49,428 bases of DNA, from positions 7,963 through 57,390 of the forward strand of contig NYST01000009.1 of the NCBI GenBank assembly GCA_002683155.1, read 5' to 3'. Source of the DNA: Methanobacteriota archaeon (GTDB taxonomy: Archaea; Thermoplasmatota; Poseidoniia; Poseidoniales; Thalassarchaeaceae). Of the stretch, positions 45,707 through 49,428 are shown one piece after another. Numbering within the stretch: position 1 is the stretch's first letter; every line of letters begins with the position of its first letter. Position numbers and translations under genes: made by a program. The notes beneath the pieces were generated by a model. The model did not search any database. It saw nothing but the letters and a program-made list of their open reading frames with translations, and was not told the DNA's origin.

Positions 45707-48700
45707 ATGTCCAGTGGCAACGCGGTGAGGTCACGCCTGTCTCTGATGCTAGTTGCAGTCATGCTACTCCCCTCCATTTTGTCAATCAGCCAATTGGGCT
45801 TAGGTTCCCAAGAATTGGTGGAAAGGCAAGACTCGAATGAAACAATAGAGGTCCCGGGATACTTGCCTTTTGATCAGAATTCGGTTGACTTCGAAGACCC
45901 GTCGCATGGTTGGAATTGGGATGAGGGCAATACGGGCAAGGCCGCGTTGTACTATAGGACAGCAAGCTACGTGCCAATACAGGAGTGGGAGCAAGTTACC
46001 GGGGAGGCGCTTGTCTCGGGTTGGCATGCACTGGGTCACGAATACCCGATTCCCTCAGACTGGAAAGAGGAACTCGAAGAAATCGGTCTGGAATGTAGGA
46101 CATTCTACGCCCCTCAGGGATTCCATTGCGATGTCCCCCGTCTAAGTCCCGCGACCCTTCTAGACGCTGGAGTGATTGGAGCTTTTCGCCTAGCCGATAT
46201 CGATAAGATTGCCCCTGATGCATTTCCAATAATTGAAGGAGAGTCAAATGGCAACGCAGGGATGGAGGGCGAAAAGTACCTTTTCAGAGTTCTTCTTTCA
46301 GGGCCAGGGCACCTTTCTGATTTACTAAAGACTGGGGTCGAACTGAGGGACTACAGGCTCCAGAGGTTCGCTGATGTGTTGGTTGGTCCGAAGGAGATCG
46401 AGATGCTATCCGAACAACCATTCATCGAATGGATCGAGCCGACTTATGCACCGACGTTTGACAACCAGGAAGCCTCTCAGATTATCGGTGCTGATTGGGT
46501 GACTGACTCGTCGAACATGATGAGTCACGGTGGGGCTGTAACCGGTGACGGTGTAATCGTTGCAGTAATGGACTCGGGCCTAGATACGGCTGTTGAATGC
46601 AGTGGAGTGACCAACTGCGATAGCCTGAACTCTGGGGTGCACGCAGACTTCTCTGGCAGAATTATGGGGGTCGTCTCATACAACAACTGTGGTGCGTGCT
46701 CTGATGGCACTGGAGGACCTAACGACTACAACGGGCATGGCACACATGTTGCTGGTTCGGTACTGGGCGATGGGAGCAACTCCCCCAATGGAGAGGACAA
46801 CAGCGGAATGGCTCCTGGCGCCTACCTTTTCATGCAAGCAGTTGGTTATGGCAACAATGACGGCTCACTTGCCCCTCCGGATTACGAAGATGCGTATGCT
46901 GAGGCTTATGCGGCTGGAGCCAGGGTGCACACCAACTCTTGGGGGACGGGGCCGGATGCATGCGCGCCGACGCAAAGCAACCCAACTGCAACAAACTCAC
47001 CCTCATGCTGGGCTTACTACACATCGGATACGATGGAGTTGGATGCAGCAGCGAATAATTACCAGGATCTTACTATCCTTTTTGCGATGGGCAATGACGG
47101 CAGAGATTGCACCTACGCCTCGTTCGGATGGCAGACTACTAATTGTCCCAGTGGGCAAGATGGCGAGATTAACCTAGGGGCATTGAACAGACAAGCGACA
47201 GCAAAGAACATCCTTTCCATAGGGGCTTCGGAGAACGTTAGGAACACTCTGGCGTTGCATTCACGAAGTTACTTCAGCGTATGTGGCAATTGCGATTGGT
47301 ATGGGACCCCAATCAAGTTGGATCAAGAAGGTGACAACGCAGAGGGAATGGCTGGCTTCTCAAACAGAGGACCTACGAGCGACGGGCGAATAAAGCCGGA
47401 TATAGTGGCCCCTGGAACCTGGATCCACTCTACAAAAACCTCACTCAGAGTAGCGAGTACGGATCTCGGGGACTACTATACGGTGAAGCGTGGTACCTCC
47501 ATGGCTACTCCGATTACAGCAGGAAGTGTTGCACTAGTTATCGAGCACCTGAACGCTCATGGATACAACTGCAACCTAGCATACAACTCCGCTAGTGACA
47601 ACTGCCCAGATTCTGCTCTGGTAAAGGCGATTCTGAGTGCTTCTGCTCATGATATGCAAGGCCAGTACTCCTCAGGTGGAGATGGTGAGAACGGTGCCGT
47701 AGAAAGGGCCCCGAACAATCACGAAGGATGGGGCAGGGTCGATCTAGAGAGAGCCATGGGTAGTGGTTTCTCGGAAGGCATAGACATCACGACATCGGAT
47801 ATGCATTCTTTCAAGTTGAGCGTCCCGGACTCAGGCGTTTCCACTTTGAGAGTGGTTCTTTCATGGAACGAAGCAGAGAATTCCCCCTCTGCGGGCACCC
47901 AACTCAGGAATGACTTGGACATATTCCTCAAGAGCCCCACAGGAGTTCTGCAGACGTACGACAATGATGACGTCAACAACCTAGTCGGAATCTCCATTGA
48001 TTCCCCCGATGCTGGAGACTGGGAGATAATAGTCACAGGGGAGAATGTGATTGATGGAGCCCAGAAGTACTACTTGGCGGCAAGCGATGGCGTCATCACC
48101 GACATGCGCCACCCGGTCTCGGAGAATTACAACGAGCCGGGTTTCCAATCCGGTTCAATATTCACAGAAACCACGATGTCCACTGGAGAAGATCACCTTT
48201 GCGCGATTCTAGATGATGCGAGCCTACAGTGCTGGGGATCGAATGAATTCGGGCAGCTGGGCGACGGGACCACAGCGGATAGACTGACAATGACTGAAGT
48301 AAGCCTCGATGCGGCTAGGACCGCGACGTCGATCAGTTCGGGCAAGCATCACACATGCTCAATACTAGACAACGGAGAGCTGCAGTGCTGGGGAAGGAAC
48401 AACTTCGGTCAACTTGGTGACGGGACCGAAACTCATTCAATTTCACCCGTAGGGGCGGTCCTTTCCCAGGTTCCAGTGCAAATCTCCTCAGGGGACTGGC
48501 ACACTTGTTCCATAATGGACGATGCGAGCCTGCATTGCTGGGGCAGAAACACAGACGGGCAACTTGGGGATGGGACGAATATCGACAGTAGCATACCTGT
48601 ATCAGTCTCCTTGGGAGAGAAGGCGCTGGCAGTCTCGGCAGGAGGAAGCCACACATGCGCTATAACCGAGAGTTGGGCACTGAAATGTTGGGGCTCTAAC

Positions 48701-49428
48701 GACAACGGGCAGCTCGGAATTGGGTCAACTGTCTCAAGTAACACTCCCACCACGGTTACTCTCGGAGGGAATGCCGTCGCGGTAACCGCGGGTGGCTCCC
48801 ATACCTGCTCACTACTGCAGGGTAACAATGTAAAATGCTGGGGTGACAATAGCAAGGGACAGTTGGGCGATGGAGGGACCAACCAACAGAATGACGCGTC
48901 TACGGTTGGAGTCACACTGGCAGGTGCAATCTCAATTGACTCTGGAAGGGATCACACATGTGTGGTGGATTCTGGTGATTCTCTCCACTGCTGGGGAGGA
49001 GGCGATGATGGGCAATTGGGCGATGGGAGTAACTCTGAGCAGGTCTCCGCCCCTGTGGCAATAGACCTTGGTCAGAACCTAGGTGCTCTATCAATATCAT
49101 CCGGTGGGTCTTACACGTGTGTTGTTGGTAGCAACGACTTAGCCAGGTGCTGGGGGGGCGAGAGCAACTCAGGAGCCCTCTCCCTTGGAAACGAACCAGA
49201 AGACTTCCCCCTATCTAGATGGAGTTACATCGGCTCATCGGAGAGAGACTGGAACAATAACGGGAACCTGAACATCTTCGAAGTCAATGTCGGATCGGAT
49301 GGCGATGGAGATGGCTTCCCATCCAACGAGGACAGTGATGACAGCAATCCCACTGTGGCAGCTGACTGCTCATCCGGATCATACGGCAGATTCACCTGCA
49401 GACAGGCCACACCAGGATACTTCGTCAG
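45707..49428 (+). CDS. Giant secreted protein: S8 subtilase, P/PPC-like beta-sandwich, 7-blade RCC1 propeller, TSP3-like acidic repeats (C-terminus beyond the right edge)
   Basis: Absent from the ORF track (open at the edge). Hand translation from ATG 45707 gives MSSGNAVRSRLSLMLVAVMLLPSILS. Triad motifs are VAVMDSGLD (D289), NGHGTHVAGS (H344) and RGTSMATP (S598). Seven CWG(x)NxxGQLGDG repeats lie at 48180-49170, and DGDGDGFPSNEDSDDSNP is at about 49300-49353. Confidence 0.88.
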   Translation, partial: MSSGNAVRSRLSLMLVAVMLLPSILSISQLGLGSQELVERQDSNETIEVPGYLPFDQNSVDFEDPSHGWNWDEGNTGKAALYYRTASYVPIQEWEQVTGEALVSGWHALGHEYPIPSDWKEELEEIGLECRTFYAPQGFHCDVPRLSPATLLDAGVIGAFRLADIDKIAPDAFPIIEGESNGNAGMEGEKYLFRVLLSGPGHLSDLLKTGVELRDYRLQRFADVLVGPKEIEMLSEQPFIEWIEPTYAPTFDNQEASQIIGADWVTDSSNMMSHGGAVTGDGVIVAVMDSGLDTAVECSGVTNCDSLNSGVHADFSGRIMGVVSYNNCGACSDGTGGPNDYNGHGTHVAGSVLGDGSNSPNGEDNSGMAPGAYLFMQAVGYGNNDGSLAPPDYEDAYAEAYAAGARVHTNSWGTGPDACAPTQSNPTATNSPSCWAYYTSDTMELDAAANNYQDLTILFAMGNDGRDCTYASFGWQTTNCPSGQDGEINLGALNRQATAKNILSIGASENVRNTLALHSRSYFSVCGNCDWYGTPIKLDQEGDNAEGMAGFSNRGPTSDGRIKPDIVAPGTWIHSTKTSLRVASTDLGDYYTVKRGTSMATPITAGSVALVIEHLNAHGYNCNLAYNSASDNCPDSALVKAILSASAHDMQGQYSSGGDGENGAVERAPNNHEGWGRVDLERAMGSGFSEGIDITTSDMHSFKLSVPDSGVSTLRVVLSWNEAENSPSAGTQLRNDLDIFLKSPTGVLQTYDNDDVNNLVGISIDSPDAGDWEIIVTGENVIDGAQKYYLAASDGVITDMRHPVSENYNEPGFQSGSIFTETTMSTGEDHLCAILDDASLQCWGSNEFGQLGDGTTADRLTMTEVSLDAARTATSISSGKHHTCSILDNGELQCWGRNNFGQLGDGTETHSISPVGAVLSQVPVQISSGDWHTCSIMDDASLHCWGRNTDGQLGDGTNIDSSIPVSVSLGEKALAVSAGGSHTCAITESWALKCWGSNDNGQLGIGSTVSSNTPTTVTLGGNAVAVTAGGSHTCSLLQGNNVKCWGDNSKGQLGDGGTNQQNDASTVGVTLAGAISIDSGRDHTCVVDSGDSLHCWGGGDDGQLGDGSNSEQVSAPVAIDLGQNLGALSISSGGSYTCVVGSNDLARCWGGESNSGALSLGNEPEDFPLSRWSYIGSSERDWNNNGNLNIFEVNVGSDGDGDGFPSNEDSDDSNPTVAADCSSGSYGRFTCRQATPGYFV

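Noticed and set aside
48180-49170. Periodic ~150-nt DNA repeats (recurring TGCTGGGG...CAGCTGGGCGA) as a tandem repeat element or a diversity-generating target
   Set aside because: They are in frame and correspond to the seven blades of an RCC1 propeller. The copies are diverged at the nucleotide level, and there is no reverse transcriptase or template repeat nearby.
1-49428. A prophage, integrative element or defence island somewhere in the window
   Set aside because: I recognised no integrase, transposase, capsid or terminase, restriction-modification, toxin-antitoxin or cas genes. Apart from 19996-20234 there is no obvious compositional break.

Overview
This is a compact chromosomal segment, with most genes separated by 0-60 nt or overlapping. 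It reads as archaeal, most plausibly a marine planktonic euryarchaeote (Marine Group II / Poseidoniales-like). That assignment is an inference from archaeal-type enzymes (ADH synthase, DHQ synthase II, GHMP-type shikimate kinase, RibL, archaeal RibB), an HTH_10 regulator, a PGF-CTERM-like tail and several secreted subtilases. I support about 45 protein genes. Two of them are absent from the ORF track because they run off the window edges: ileS at the left and a giant S8-RCC1 protein at the right. I recognised no rRNA, tRNA, CRISPR array, transposase, integrase or phage genes.

Recognisable blocks:
- Housekeeping genes: ileS, nadE, hppA, trxB, xth.
- A riboflavin/FAD cluster: ribB, ribL, ribE, ribH.
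- A Moco-maturation plus xanthine-dehydrogenase-family locus: MobA/MocA-like, XdhC, and 2Fe-2S, Mo and FAD subunits.
- A MoxR-DUF58 module.
- The archaeal shikimate entry cluster: ADH synthase, DHQS-II, shikimate kinase, aroC.

Best leads, in order:
1. A 1237-aa single polypeptide fusing an extracytoplasmic subtilase to an AmpG/PAT-family MFS permease through one adaptor helix. It looks like a tethered 'cut-and-import' device.
2. A 22 % GC intergenic island (19996-20234) carrying six copies of TTAATGTGGTA, arranged as two 44-bp direct repeats plus an imperfect palindrome.
3. The gene directly downstream of that island: a CPxCG zinc ribbon, an unknown ~250-aa region and a fused 2-oxoacid dehydrogenase E1 alpha-beta, with no E2 or E3 nearby.
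4. An XDH-family enzyme with a 4-hydroxybenzoyl-CoA-reductase-like Cys-rich insertion in the FAD subunit.
5. A secreted S8 protease with a P-like domain, a 7-bladed RCC1 propeller and TSP3-like repeats, whose Shine-Dalgarno lies inside a perfect hairpin.

All family calls come from motif recognition by eye. No database search was run.
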